64,000 nucleotides of DNA from Patescibacteria group bacterium. Its GTDB lineage: Bacteria; Patescibacteriota; Microgenomatia; UBA12405. Position 1 is the first letter of the stretch; the number at the start of each line of letters is the position of its first letter. This document shows positions 9,376-18,275 of this stretch, piece by piece. The stretch lies in the NCBI GenBank assembly GCA_050943115.1, contig JBMNON010000006.1:963-64962 (forward strand), in the 5' to 3' direction. Under the pieces are notes generated by a model, which was given only the letters and a program-made list of their open reading frames with translations, had not been told where the DNA came from and made no database searches. A program made the translations under genes and the position numbers.

Positions 9376-9405
9376 ACCCTCCCCTGATCGGCGGAGGGTT
9401 TTTTG
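9376..9405 (+). terminator. rho-independent terminator
   Basis: The stem accctcc/ggagggt is followed by ttttttg, just after the Hsp20 stop. Confidence 0.55.
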
Positions 9406-9418
9406 TTACAATTTTTTA

Positions 9419-10807
9419 ATGAAACTAGCAAACGTAGGGATGGCCTTAATGCCAAAAGCCCCACGTTTAAAAAAAATTTTAGGGCCAAGTTTTATACTGT
9501 TGGGTTTGGGTTTAGGTAGCGGCGAGTTAATTTTATGGCCTTATATGAGCGCGAATTACGGTATGGGAATAATTTGGGGTGCAGTCTTGGGGATTAGTTT
9601 TCAGTTTTTTTTGAATATGGAAATTGAACGATATACCCTGGTAAATGGTGAAAGCGTATTTGTGGGTTTGGGGCGTAAGTTGGGATGGCTGTCGCCTATC
9701 TGGTTTATAATTTCCACTTTAATACCCTGGATGTGGCCGGGAATAATCCTATCGTCTGCAGTTATTGTGGCAGCTACGTTGGGAATACTGAACAGCCAAT
9801 TGCTTGCCGTGCTCATGCTTCTTTTGATCGGAGCTATTTTAACGCTGGGACCGGTAATATATAAAACCCAAGAATGGTTTCAGAAAAACTTAATATTGCT
9901 GGGGGTGCCAATAATTTTGCTAATGGCAGTAATTTTGACAGATGGAAGCAATTGGCAAAGTCTGGCAGCAGGTTTAATCGGTAAGGGAGATAATTACTGG
10001 TTTCTACCGAAAGGAATTGCCCTGCTAAGTTTCATCGGCGCTTTTGCTTATTCCGGAGCCGGTGGAAACTTGAACTTGGCCCAGTCTTTTTATATCAAAG
10101 AAAAAGGATATGGAATGGGAAAATACGGCGGAAAGATCACCAGTATACTTACTGGCAAGAAGGAGAAAATAAGCCTGGTAGGGAAAACATTTAAAATAAA
10201 TGGCGTAAACCTAAAAAGGTTTAAAGAATGGTGGAAAGTGATCAACCTGGAGCATGCTTTAGTGTTTTGGTTTACGGGAGCGTTAACAATTATACTATTG
10301 AGCCTGTTATCGTACTCTACCGTGCATGGCAGCGTAAAAGTTGAAGGGATAAATTTTTTATTTGAAGAAGCAAAGGTAATCGGGATAAGAACCTGGCCCT
10401 TTTTGGGAATGGTTTTTTTGATTTTATCCAGTTTAATGTTGTTCTCAACTCAACTATCAGTGCTGGATGCAACCTCAAGAATAATGTCAGAAAACCTTAT
10501 CATTTTTGACCAGAAGAGATTCAAGGTAAATAATCTGGGTAGATACTATTATCTATTTCTATGGCTCTTGATAATGCTGGGAATTGGGATTATTAGTTTG
10601 GGATTTGAACAACCGCTTAAGCTGGTAATAATCGGAGCCGCCTTGAATGCCGTTTCGATGTTGGTTTATTCTGTAGCAGTTTTATACTTAAACTTAACTT
10701 GCTTGGACAAGAAGGTAAGGCCATCGGCATTAAGAGTGGGTGTAATGTTGTTAGAAATCGTTTTTTTCTTTGTGTTTTGTTTCCTAACCCTAAGGCAAGG
10801 GATATAA
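9419..10807 (+). CDS. divergent Nramp/MntH-superfamily polytopic transporter
   Basis: The N-terminal GPSFILLGLGLGSGELILWP...GAVLG...FQFFLNMEIERYTLVNG parallels the Nramp region around TM1. The canonical DPGN motif is replaced by GSGE. There are roughly 11 TM helices. Confidence 0.4.
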   Translation: MKLANVGMALMPKAPRLKKILGPSFILLGLGLGSGELILWPYMSANYGMGIIWGAVLGISFQFFLNMEIERYTLVNGESVFVGLGRKLGWLSPIWFIISTLIPWMWPGIILSSAVIVAATLGILNSQLLAVLMLLLIGAILTLGPVIYKTQEWFQKNLILLGVPIILLMAVILTDGSNWQSLAAGLIGKGDNYWFLPKGIALLSFIGAFAYSGAGGNLNLAQSFYIKEKGYGMGKYGGKITSILTGKKEKISLVGKTFKINGVNLKRFKEWWKVINLEHALVFWFTGALTIILLSLLSYSTVHGSVKVEGINFLFEEAKVIGIRTWPFLGMVFLILSSLMLFSTQLSVLDATSRIMSENLIIFDQKRFKVNNLGRYYYLFLWLLIMLGIGIISLGFEQPLKLVIIGAALNAVSMLVYSVAVLYLNLTCLDKKVRPSALRVGVMLLEIVFFFVFCFLTLRQGI

Positions 10808-10857
10808 AAGCCCCCGTATTTAAAATACGAGGGCAAATGTTAGATGCTTTTATCCTG

Positions 10858-12831
10858 CTAATTGCAGCGACTTTTATATTTATTGATCAGATCAAGCTTG
10901 TCCTGCCAGACACCTTTCCAATCGTCCTGCAGAATGCCGCCAGTATCGCCCGAGTTCGGGTTCCAGCTCCAATAGAAGGCATCACAAATTCCTTTGTTAA
11001 TAAAGTAGTCGGTGATGGCGTTTTGCCAAATAATATCTTTGGGATCACCGCCATGGCCATATTTGCCACCATATTCGCCAATAACTACCGACTTGCTTTG
11101 GTCTCTGAGGAAACCAAAATGGGTGTGCCAAATTCTTGACATATTCCCGGGAAATTGCCCATCGGAGAAGTAATTTTGGGGATGGACATCCGGACCATAA
11201 ACATGGGGAGAATAGACTAATTTGTTGGCCGGAATGTAGGAATTATCGATCGGATAGCACATTTCCGGCTCAAAGTTACCACCCCACCAGTGAGCTACAG
11301 AGTTGTCAGAACAGGTGGGATTATCCTGGACACCCTGGACGAAGATAAGGAGGTTGGGATTGGCGGAGAGAATTTCCCTGCCGGCTTTTTGGGCAGCAAG
11401 GCGCCAATCGGTACGGGTATCATTGGTGCCCCAAGTGGCAACTCCCTTGGGTTCGTTCTTGATGTCAATACCCATAAAATAATCCAAATTCTGATAACGA
11501 TCGGCAACAAACTTTAGATCCATAATCCAATCGGCTTCCGAATAAGAATCGGTGTACCAGAGATCGGTAATATTCTGGCAATTAACTGTATGGACATCCA
11601 GTAAGATGTGGAGTTTCTGATTATTCATTTCAGTCAAAAACTTATCCAACAGATCAAGGCTGTTTAAATTTCTGAGGTCTTCGTTTTTGTAGTAGTCAAT
11701 AGAGCTGACCGGAGAATTTTTTAAGGTACCCGGGCAGTAAGGAACCCGGACCGCATTAAAACCGGTACTTTTAATCTGGGAGATCATGTCCTTCCAATTC
11801 CTCTCCCAAAGACCATGGGCAACAAAGGTAGTATTTTCAAAACCAAACCAACTGACACCATTAACTTTGACCCTGTTACCGTTGTGATAGATTTTGCCGT
11901 CACTACCGACTTCGTAACTACCGACATTATTACTTGAATCAGGAAGGGAGGGGGTGGGGACAGAGGTGGGAGTAGGGCTTGGAGGAGTGGGGGTCACAGA
12001 AGCAATAGGGGTGGGTTGAGTACCACCAGAAGCCTGGCCAACATTAAAGCTCAGAGAATTGTCAAGCCAGTAATGATTGTAAGCCCAATAAGGGGCAAAA
12101 ATGCCAACTTTGACTTTGTAATCCCCCTGGAGTTGGGGTGTCCAAGTAGTGGTAAAAGTCCGATTTTGGTTGGCTTTCAACTCCTGATTTTCAAAATACT
12201 GCTGATCTATTTTGCGGTTGTTTCCATCATAAACCTCAACGTCAACAATGGCGTTTGGGTGATCGACGGGAGAGGTAATGTTCGTGTTCAGCTTGAGAGG
12301 TGAAGAGACAGAGGGGGTGGAATCGGTGCTGGTATTTATTAAGTATGAGGAGGATGAGGGCTGGCTTTCAGAAGCAGCTTGAAATTGCAAGGCATTGTCT
12401 TCCCAGTAAAAATTACGACTCCAGTTAGAAGTGAATAAGCCAACTTTTACCTGGTAATCACCTTCAATCTGAGGAGTCCAATTGGTCCTAAATCTTGTTA
12501 TTTGATAAGAATTAATATTAACTCTTTCAAAAAAATGCTGATGAACTTTTTGATTTGAAGAGTTATAAATTTCAATATCGACAATAGAGTCATTGACGGT
12601 GTCGGAAGGACGGATATCGACGATAATTTCTGCCGGACTGCGAACCTGAGCAGAATTAACTTTAGCAGAGATAGTAAAACTACCGGAATTGGCGCTAACG
12701 AATTTCCCTGAAGCCAGTCCGGTAATCAGAGAGAATAAAAAAGATAAAAGAACTCCAAGAAAAAACCTGGAGTTAAAGTGTTTGGGTTGACTTGTGACTA
12801 TTCCTGTCAAAGTCGAGATATTTTTAGGCAT
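10858..12831 (-). CDS. secreted/anchored GH5 endoglucanase (cellulase) with two N-terminal tandem ~100-aa accessory modules and a PT linker
   Basis: It has the GH5 acid/base motif IKNEPKG and the nucleophile motif VVIGEYGG. Two paralogous N-terminal modules (VDIEIYNSSNQKV...YQVKVGLF...; VDVEVYDGNNRKI...YKVKVGIF...) precede a PTPT linker. Confidence 0.8.
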   Translation of the reverse strand: MPKNISTLTGIVTSQPKHFNSRFFLGVLLSFLFSLITGLASGKFVSANSGSFTISAKVNSAQVRSPAEIIVDIRPSDTVNDSIVDIEIYNSSNQKVHQHFFERVNINSYQITRFRTNWTPQIEGDYQVKVGLFTSNWSRNFYWEDNALQFQAASESQPSSSSYLINTSTDSTPSVSSPLKLNTNITSPVDHPNAIVDVEVYDGNNRKIDQQYFENQELKANQNRTFTTTWTPQLQGDYKVKVGIFAPYWAYNHYWLDNSLSFNVGQASGGTQPTPIASVTPTPPSPTPTSVPTPSLPDSSNNVGSYEVGSDGKIYHNGNRVKVNGVSWFGFENTTFVAHGLWERNWKDMISQIKSTGFNAVRVPYCPGTLKNSPVSSIDYYKNEDLRNLNSLDLLDKFLTEMNNQKLHILLDVHTVNCQNITDLWYTDSYSEADWIMDLKFVADRYQNLDYFMGIDIKNEPKGVATWGTNDTRTDWRLAAQKAGREILSANPNLLIFVQGVQDNPTCSDNSVAHWWGGNFEPEMCYPIDNSYIPANKLVYSPHVYGPDVHPQNYFSDGQFPGNMSRIWHTHFGFLRDQSKSVVIGEYGGKYGHGGDPKDIIWQNAITDYFINKGICDAFYWSWNPNSGDTGGILQDDWKGVWQDKLDLINKYKSRCN

Positions 12832-12878
12832 TAGGCACGATTCTAGATAACAGGCAGAGGCAAGTCAAAAGTAATTTT

Positions 12879-13616
12879 TTACCGTTTCGGTGATTTTGCG
12901 GTGAAGAAATTTTTCAGCAAAGCCAATTCGGACAAAGTTAGATATCGATACTCTTTTGCCTTTAGTTCCCCTAATTTTATCGGTCCGATAGCTATGCGAT
13001 GCAGAGAAATTATGCGGAGGTTGAGTTTGGCAACCATGCGCCTGATTTGGCGATTCCGACCTTCCCTCAGTTGAATCTTGAGATTGGTCCTGCCGTTTTT
13101 TTGAGAAATTACGGAAGTTTGAGTGGGTAGTGTCACCCCATCCTCAAGTTCAACCCCATGTCGTAGTTTGAAAATTTTTTCCGGGCTAATCCGTCCTTCG
13201 ACGGTAACCAGATAAGTTTTGGGCAGGTGGTAACGAGGGTGGGTGGCCTTTAGTGATAAGTCGCCATCATTTGTTAAAAGAATAAGACCACTTGAATCAT
13301 AATCCAGTCTCCCTATGGGATAAAGACGGGCATCGGAGTCAATTAAATCGAGAACTGTTTGCCGATTGTGAGTATCAGTGGTGGAGGAAATTACACCGGT
13401 TGGTTTATTTAGGGCGATATAAATATAATTTGGTTTTTTATGGTTAATATTACGGCCATTTACTTCAACTTGATCCGATAGCGGATCTATCTTTTGACCC
13501 AAGACAGCCTTGCGACCGTTAACGATTACTTTATTTTTTTCAATCAATTCGTCTATGTGCCTTCTGGAGGCGATACCCAAAGAGGCCAGATACTTATTTA
13601 GACGGACTTTATCCAT
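12879..13616 (-). CDS. pseudouridine synthase, RsuA/RluB family, with N-terminal S4 domain
   Basis: The S4 region reads RLNKYLASLGIASRRHIDELI and the catalytic motif is GRLDYDSSGLILLTNDG. Confidence 0.8.
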   Translation of the reverse strand: MDKVRLNKYLASLGIASRRHIDELIEKNKVIVNGRKAVLGQKIDPLSDQVEVNGRNINHKKPNYIYIALNKPTGVISSTTDTHNRQTVLDLIDSDARLYPIGRLDYDSSGLILLTNDGDLSLKATHPRYHLPKTYLVTVEGRISPEKIFKLRHGVELEDGVTLPTQTSVISQKNGRTNLKIQLREGRNRQIRRMVAKLNLRIISLHRIAIGPIKLGELKAKEYRYLTLSELALLKNFFTAKSPKR

Positions 13617-13635
13617 GAATTATTTTACCTAATAT

Positions 13636-14199
13636 TTGGTTTGTTTTGAGCGATTAGGTTTAATAAAATATGTTATGGCCCAATATTTCATCGGCATAGG
13701 GCTTCCTCCAAATGAAGATAAGTTGTTTTCCCTTATCAAGCAACACTTCCATCATAATGGCAAACTTAGTAGTACTCCACACATTACTTTGGCACCCCCC
13801 TTTGAGCTAGAGGATGAGAACGAATTTTTGGAAAATTTTATAAGTTGGGCCAAGAAAGAAAAAGCTTTTATCATAAAGGTAAAGACGGTGGATAAATTTA
13901 TTCAGCCTAAGTACGGAACAGTTTATTTAGCACCCATAAACGACAAGTATTTGCAGGAATTATATGCGAGTTTGATTAAAAGGTTTAATTTGCTTTCAGA
14001 CCAAGGTAGTTTTATACCTCACTTGACGGTAGCTCAAAGAGTTCCCCTAAGAAGGCTAAACGAAATCGAAGATCAAATTAGAAAGATGGATTTAAGTTTG
14101 AAATTGAAAGTAAAACAGCTAAACCTTTATAAGAAAGAAGTGGGTCAATGTTGGAAAAAATTTGCTGAAGTGAGATTAAAAGAGGGAAGGATTAACTAA
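13636..14199 (+). CDS. 2H phosphoesterase superfamily protein (LigT-like 2'-5' RNA ligase / cyclic phosphodiesterase)
   Basis: It carries the two H-x-T/S-x motifs, HITLAPPF and HLTVAQRV. Confidence 0.55.
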   Translation: MVCFERLGLIKYVMAQYFIGIGLPPNEDKLFSLIKQHFHHNGKLSSTPHITLAPPFELEDENEFLENFISWAKKEKAFIIKVKTVDKFIQPKYGTVYLAPINDKYLQELYASLIKRFNLLSDQGSFIPHLTVAQRVPLRRLNEIEDQIRKMDLSLKLKVKQLNLYKKEVGQCWKKFAEVRLKEGRIN

Positions 14200-15042
14200 G
14201 GATGTGGACAGAATATTGATAATCCAAAGAATAAAAGCCACAAAAAGGATTAGGGCCAAGAAGGCAAGAAGGACATAGACAACCCACCCTTTTTTAGAGT
14301 AGATAAATTCTTTTTCCCGGGGAAGAGATTTTAGATGTTGATAATTAAGATAGACAAAGATTGCCGTCAATGGAGCTGTGACTGAGTTAAAAATTAAGCC
14401 AGCTACTGTTTCCACGGTATTTTTGGAATTATCCGAACCATTAAAAACTGATGAGACAATCATTAACAGCAGATACCAGATAAAAATTCTAATAAAGTAT
14501 TCTTTGGAGTGAGATTTTATATAGTACCAACTTTTCTGAATGGCAATCCTGCCGCCAAGACCTTCAACAAATAGAACATAAACACTTAGAGATGAAAAAA
14601 ATAAGAAAGCTACTCCGGGTAATATCAGTAGGAGTATGCCAAGAAAAGTAATTAAGCCGATCAAAAGAGTGAGGGAGAAAAAGCGGCTGACATATTTCCA
14701 TGATTGATTGTAAACTGTTTTTATACTTAATTTTTTGTCAAGGTTGGAGATGTAGTAGATAAGGGCAGAGCCGGACCACAGGTTAACGATGGAGAGAATT
14801 GACAAAAAAAAGACGGCCAAGGGTAGCATAGATAAAATTTGGACATAGTTTCGGTTTAGCAGCAAAGACAGAAAATTTCCAAGGAAGAAAGTAGCGAAGA
14901 AGGCAAAAAAGGCGAGACTAAGGAGGCTGGGTATGGCTGTAATGCCAACCAGGGAAAGCCAGTTTTTTGAAAAGATGGAGAAAGTATTTGAAAAAAGAGA
15001 GATGAGAGGGGGGTAAGGAATGGTGTCCGACTGCGACTTCAT
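14176..15042 (-). CDS. polytopic integral membrane protein of unknown function
   Basis: There are roughly 7 hydrophobic helices and no catalytic motif. Confidence 0.4.
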   Translation of the reverse strand: MKSQSDTIPYPPLISLFSNTFSIFSKNWLSLVGITAIPSLLSLAFFAFFATFFLGNFLSLLLNRNYVQILSMLPLAVFFLSILSIVNLWSGSALIYYISNLDKKLSIKTVYNQSWKYVSRFFSLTLLIGLITFLGILLLILPGVAFLFFSSLSVYVLFVEGLGGRIAIQKSWYYIKSHSKEYFIRIFIWYLLLMIVSSVFNGSDNSKNTVETVAGLIFNSVTAPLTAIFVYLNYQHLKSLPREKEFIYSKKGWVVYVLLAFLALILFVAFILWIINILSTSLVNPSLF

Positions 15043-15090
15043 GACTTATTATGGCAAAAGTATGGATTTTTTCAATAAACAAGTGACTGT

Positions 15091-15696
15091 TTAGAATAAA
15101 GATATCTGCTCCTTGTTATCTGATTTGGGATAGGAAAAATTGACGTCAATTATCCTTGCAGTATTCCATTCGTCTTTGTACTTCAAATGTTTGTGTTGGA
15201 GGCCATAATCATAGACATCCCGAGTCACCAGGACGTCGGATTCGCAATAGTTTTTAAGCTTATCCAAACTTTCCTTTGTGCCTTGTTTGTAATACAAGAC
15301 AGCGTTTGTACCAACGTCTGTTTTGGTGGTGCCAAGAGTTTCTTTGGCAATAGCGTTGAGACTTAGCCTGAAGCCCAGGGCATCTTTAATTTTTTCCAAG
15401 ATATCGAAGTGGCTTAATTTGTTAAAGCTAAAAGGGCAAAGGGGCGCTAAAGCCGGGTTGTCAAACTTTAAAGAATTAAACCCAATAATTCTGTCGACAT
15501 TAGCAAAATGAGTCCACATCGAGGAAAAATCGTTTTCAAAAAAGCTATACATTTGACCGGAAATTTCATGGTAGTTTTCGTCCAGGTTACGCTTATATAA
15601 AGATACCAGGGAAATACCAAGATCGGCGGGGTTGTGGGTGTCTATCTCTTCAAAAAGTTTTTTGGTTTCTATGTCGAAGATTACTTCAGTGATCAT
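15091..15696 (-). CDS. DEDD-type 3'-5' exonuclease (DnaQ-like fold)
   Basis: The exo I motif VIFDIETKK, exo II motif IIGFNSLKFD and exo III motif YCESDVLVTRDVY are present. The ORF-track N-terminal extension (61 aa, Pro/Ser-rich) is the reverse complement of a structured non-coding region. Start is placed at the internal ATG at 15696. Confidence 0.6.
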   Translation of the reverse strand: MITEVIFDIETKKLFEEIDTHNPADLGISLVSLYKRNLDENYHEISGQMYSFFENDFSSMWTHFANVDRIIGFNSLKFDNPALAPLCPFSFNKLSHFDILEKIKDALGFRLSLNAIAKETLGTTKTDVGTNAVLYYKQGTKESLDKLKNYCESDVLVTRDVYDYGLQHKHLKYKDEWNTARIIDVNFSYPKSDNKEQISLF

Positions 15697-16037
15697 GGAA
15701 TTAGATGATAGGAGGAAAATGAGGAGATTACAAGAAGGAGAAGAATGCTTTTGGTGGTCGGGTGCGATGGGGTAAGAAAAAAGTGGGGGTAAATGAGGTG
15801 TGAGAATAGTGGCGAAAAATATGGGGTAAGAAAAAGTTGAGGTGGGGCTCGGCTCCAAGCACTTGTTTCGGACTACCATAGTCCAAGTACTTAGAGGAGC
15901 CCCAACCTCCGTCCCAGCTTTTCTAAGTGACGACCCTTACGGATCCCCCCCATTATCACTTAGAAAAGTTGCATCATCTCCTGATGTCCGGGACACAGCA
16001 GGAAAGGCTGTGTCGGAGATGTGCAAGACCTTTTGTT

Positions 16038-16062
16038 CAAAAAAAAGAGAACGGTGTTCTTC
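16038..16062 (-). terminator. candidate rho-independent terminator (short hairpin plus T8) within the 15.7-16.36 kb non-coding region
   Basis: The minus strand reads aagaagaacaccgttctc followed by tttttttt. Confidence 0.35.
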
Positions 16063-16362
16063 TTACTTTTGGGACCCAGCTAGAATATTGATATAGATAT
16101 TCCAATTGGGTCCCAAAACGACCACCAAAAGCAAAGAGATGGTTAAAATGTGAAGAAACCCTTGCATTAAAGGGGCTTCGCATCTTAAGACTCTTTGCTT
16201 TCTTACTTCTTGTTAATGAGCGACAGCTGAAAATTTTATAGTAGAAAACTACTCAAATCAAGTACATAATTATACTACGTTTGTAAGACTTGGGAAAGAG
16301 GTTAGTAAAGCTTTGGACAAATGTCGGTAAGACAGTGGGAATTTTTTATAAGAATTATCAGA

Positions 16363-16653
16363 TTAGTTTGGATTGCTTTTCTTGAAGACAATTCGGGGTT
16401 TAGGTTCTTTTTTGATCCATTGTCCTTCTTTGGTTTTTTTAAAATCGTCTTTAACAGCTAACCAAGCGAAGCGGTTGGCCGCCTCGTGACGGGTAGTCTG
16501 AGTATCCCGGGTTAAAGGACTTTCAAAATCATCCCAACCGTCCCGGTAAGCCTCCAGAAAAATTTTTTGGGCTTCGAAGGGAAGTTCGTGTTGAATCTCC
16601 TGAGGTAAGTCGTTTAGTTTTTTGTATATCATATTATTTTCGAATATAGGCAA
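16363..16653 (-). CDS. ChaB-family protein
   Basis: The pattern DLP..IQHELP.EAQKIFLEAY...W...RHE.A.R.AW.AVK matches the ChaB fold signature. Confidence 0.5.
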   Translation of the reverse strand: MPIFENNMIYKKLNDLPQEIQHELPFEAQKIFLEAYRDGWDDFESPLTRDTQTTRHEAANRFAWLAVKDDFKKTKEGQWIKKEPKPRIVFKKSNPN

Positions 16654-16688
16654 TATGGGGCAAGCGATTATAAGATAACGGTAATAGT

Positions 16689-18275
16689 TTGGTAAGAGGA
16701 ATTTTTATTACAACTAGATTCTTACTTGTTTTTGGCAGCCTTTTTACAAAACCAGCTGATAATGAGTGGGTGGAAATTGATTTTAAAAACGAAAAGGCGA
16801 CAATTCCTTTGTGGCTGGGAGATATTGAAACAGGAAATTATCCAGAGTTAAAGAAGGATCTGGAAACGGAAATTCTGATAATTGGCGGCGGTATCGCCGG
16901 GATGACAACAGCATATTTTTTAAGCAAGACAGGTAAGAGAGTGGTGTTGGTCGATGCCGACAGAATCGGGAGAGGGGTAACAGGACATACTACGGCAAAA
17001 ATCACCTCGTTACACCATTTGGCGTATAAAGATATAAAAGAAAAAGTAGGAATTGATAGCGCGAAAAGTTATGCTAAAGCCAGCCAAGAAGCGATTGGAT
17101 TAATCGGCCAAATCGTTAAAAAAGAAAAGTTAAATTGTGAGTTTAAAAAAGCAGATATGCATGTTTATTCCTATGACGGCAGGAGCTTGGGAAAAATTAA
17201 GGAGGAATTTGAAGTATGCCGAGATATGGGACTACCGGCTACTTATATTGAAAAGTCTGAACTTCCCTTCCCCATTAAGGGAGCAATTAAGTTTGATAAC
17301 CAAGCCCACTTTCACCCCTATAAGTATGTTCTGGGTTTGGCTAACACCATCAGTAAAAAGGTGGACATCCGGGAAAGAACCCGGATAGTAGACATGGAAG
17401 AGGGAGATCCGGGTACGGTTATTACAGACAAGGGTTTTAGAATTAAAGCAAATGAGGTAGTGGTGGCCAGCCACTATCCGGTTTTTGACCAAAAGGGTAA
17501 ATATTATGCCCGCCTTATTCCGGACAGGGATTATGCTATGGCCATTAAGTCACCAACTGAGCTGGATGGGATGTTTATAGATACTTCAGGAGATTATTTT
17601 TCGATACGGCCTTATGGAAAGCTACTAATTGTAGGCGGGATCACTCACCGGACCGGCACTGTTTCTGACACCAAAGAATGCTACCGAAAATTGCTAAACC
17701 AGGCGGAAAAAAGGTTGGGGGTAGAAACTGTAGAGTACAAATGGTCAACCCAGGACAATTTTACGGCAGACAACCTGCCTTATATCGGCCGGATCACCAA
17801 GGATAACCGACATGTTTACGTGGCTACCGGGTTTAACGGCTGGGGAATGAGTAACGGTACAACGGCCGGGAAACTTATTGCTGACATGATATCGAGGGGG
17901 GCAAGTCCATATATTGAGACTTTTGATCCATCGCGATTCAGCTTAAAGGCGGAGGGGAAAAAGTTGCTGGAATTTAATACGGGGACAGCCAAGAGATATA
18001 TTCAGGGAGCGGTAACTACGGGTGAAATAATTAGTAATATAAAAAAGGGGCAGGGAGGAATTGTGGAAAAGGACGGGCAAAAATATCTGGTTTACAGAAA
18101 CGAATCAGGCAAGGTATTTGCCCTACACCACCACTGTACCCACATGGGCTGTGTTCTGTCCTGGAATAGTGCCGAAAAATCCTGGGACTGCCCCTGCCAT
18201 GGTTCGAGATTCAGTTACGAGGGAAAAGTAATTCACGGTCCGGCACTTAAAAACCTGAAAAAAGCCGAAATTTAA
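16689..18275 (+). CDS. FAD-dependent oxidoreductase fused to a C-terminal Rieske [2Fe-2S] domain (YhfW-like)
   Basis: The N-terminal dinucleotide-binding motif is IIGGGIAGMTTAYFL. The C-terminal Rieske ligand motifs are CTHMGC and CPCHGS. Confidence 0.75.
   Translation: MVRGIFITTRFLLVFGSLFTKPADNEWVEIDFKNEKATIPLWLGDIETGNYPELKKDLETEILIIGGGIAGMTTAYFLSKTGKRVVLVDADRIGRGVTGHTTAKITSLHHLAYKDIKEKVGIDSAKSYAKASQEAIGLIGQIVKKEKLNCEFKKADMHVYSYDGRSLGKIKEEFEVCRDMGLPATYIEKSELPFPIKGAIKFDNQAHFHPYKYVLGLANTISKKVDIRERTRIVDMEEGDPGTVITDKGFRIKANEVVVASHYPVFDQKGKYYARLIPDRDYAMAIKSPTELDGMFIDTSGDYFSIRPYGKLLIVGGITHRTGTVSDTKECYRKLLNQAEKRLGVETVEYKWSTQDNFTADNLPYIGRITKDNRHVYVATGFNGWGMSNGTTAGKLIADMISRGASPYIETFDPSRFSLKAEGKKLLEFNTGTAKRYIQGAVTTGEIISNIKKGQGGIVEKDGQKYLVYRNESGKVFALHHHCTHMGCVLSWNSAEKSWDCPCHGSRFSYEGKVIHGPALKNLKKAEI

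Noticed and set aside
10699-12303. Plus-strand ORFs 10699-11139, 11136-11348, 11290-11517, 12016-12303 and minus-strand 10887-11081, 11295-11510 overlapping the GH5 gene
   Set aside because: All are nested in or antisense to the GH5 CDS, which has intact catalytic motifs. They are overlapping-frame artifacts.
15697-15879. 61-aa Pro/Ser-rich N-terminal extension of the DEDD exonuclease ORF
   Set aside because: The exo I motif begins 6 residues after the internal Met. The extension is the reverse complement of the repeat and hairpin region and is not plausible protein sequence.
15842-16096. 84-aa plus-strand ORF MGLGSKHLFRTTIVQ...
   Set aside because: It lies entirely in the hairpin-rich non-coding gap. 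It has no RBS and its composition follows RNA-like stems, so it is likely not coding.
15697-16362. tRNA, tmRNA or RNase P RNA in the structured intergenic region
   Set aside because: I searched by eye for T-loop GGTTCRANYCC, its reverse complement, a tmRNA tag reading frame ending in ALAA-stop, and RNase P P4 signatures (GGAAAGTCCGGGCTCC / ACAGAANCCGGCTTA). None matched convincingly. The region is kept only as an unassigned candidate ncRNA.
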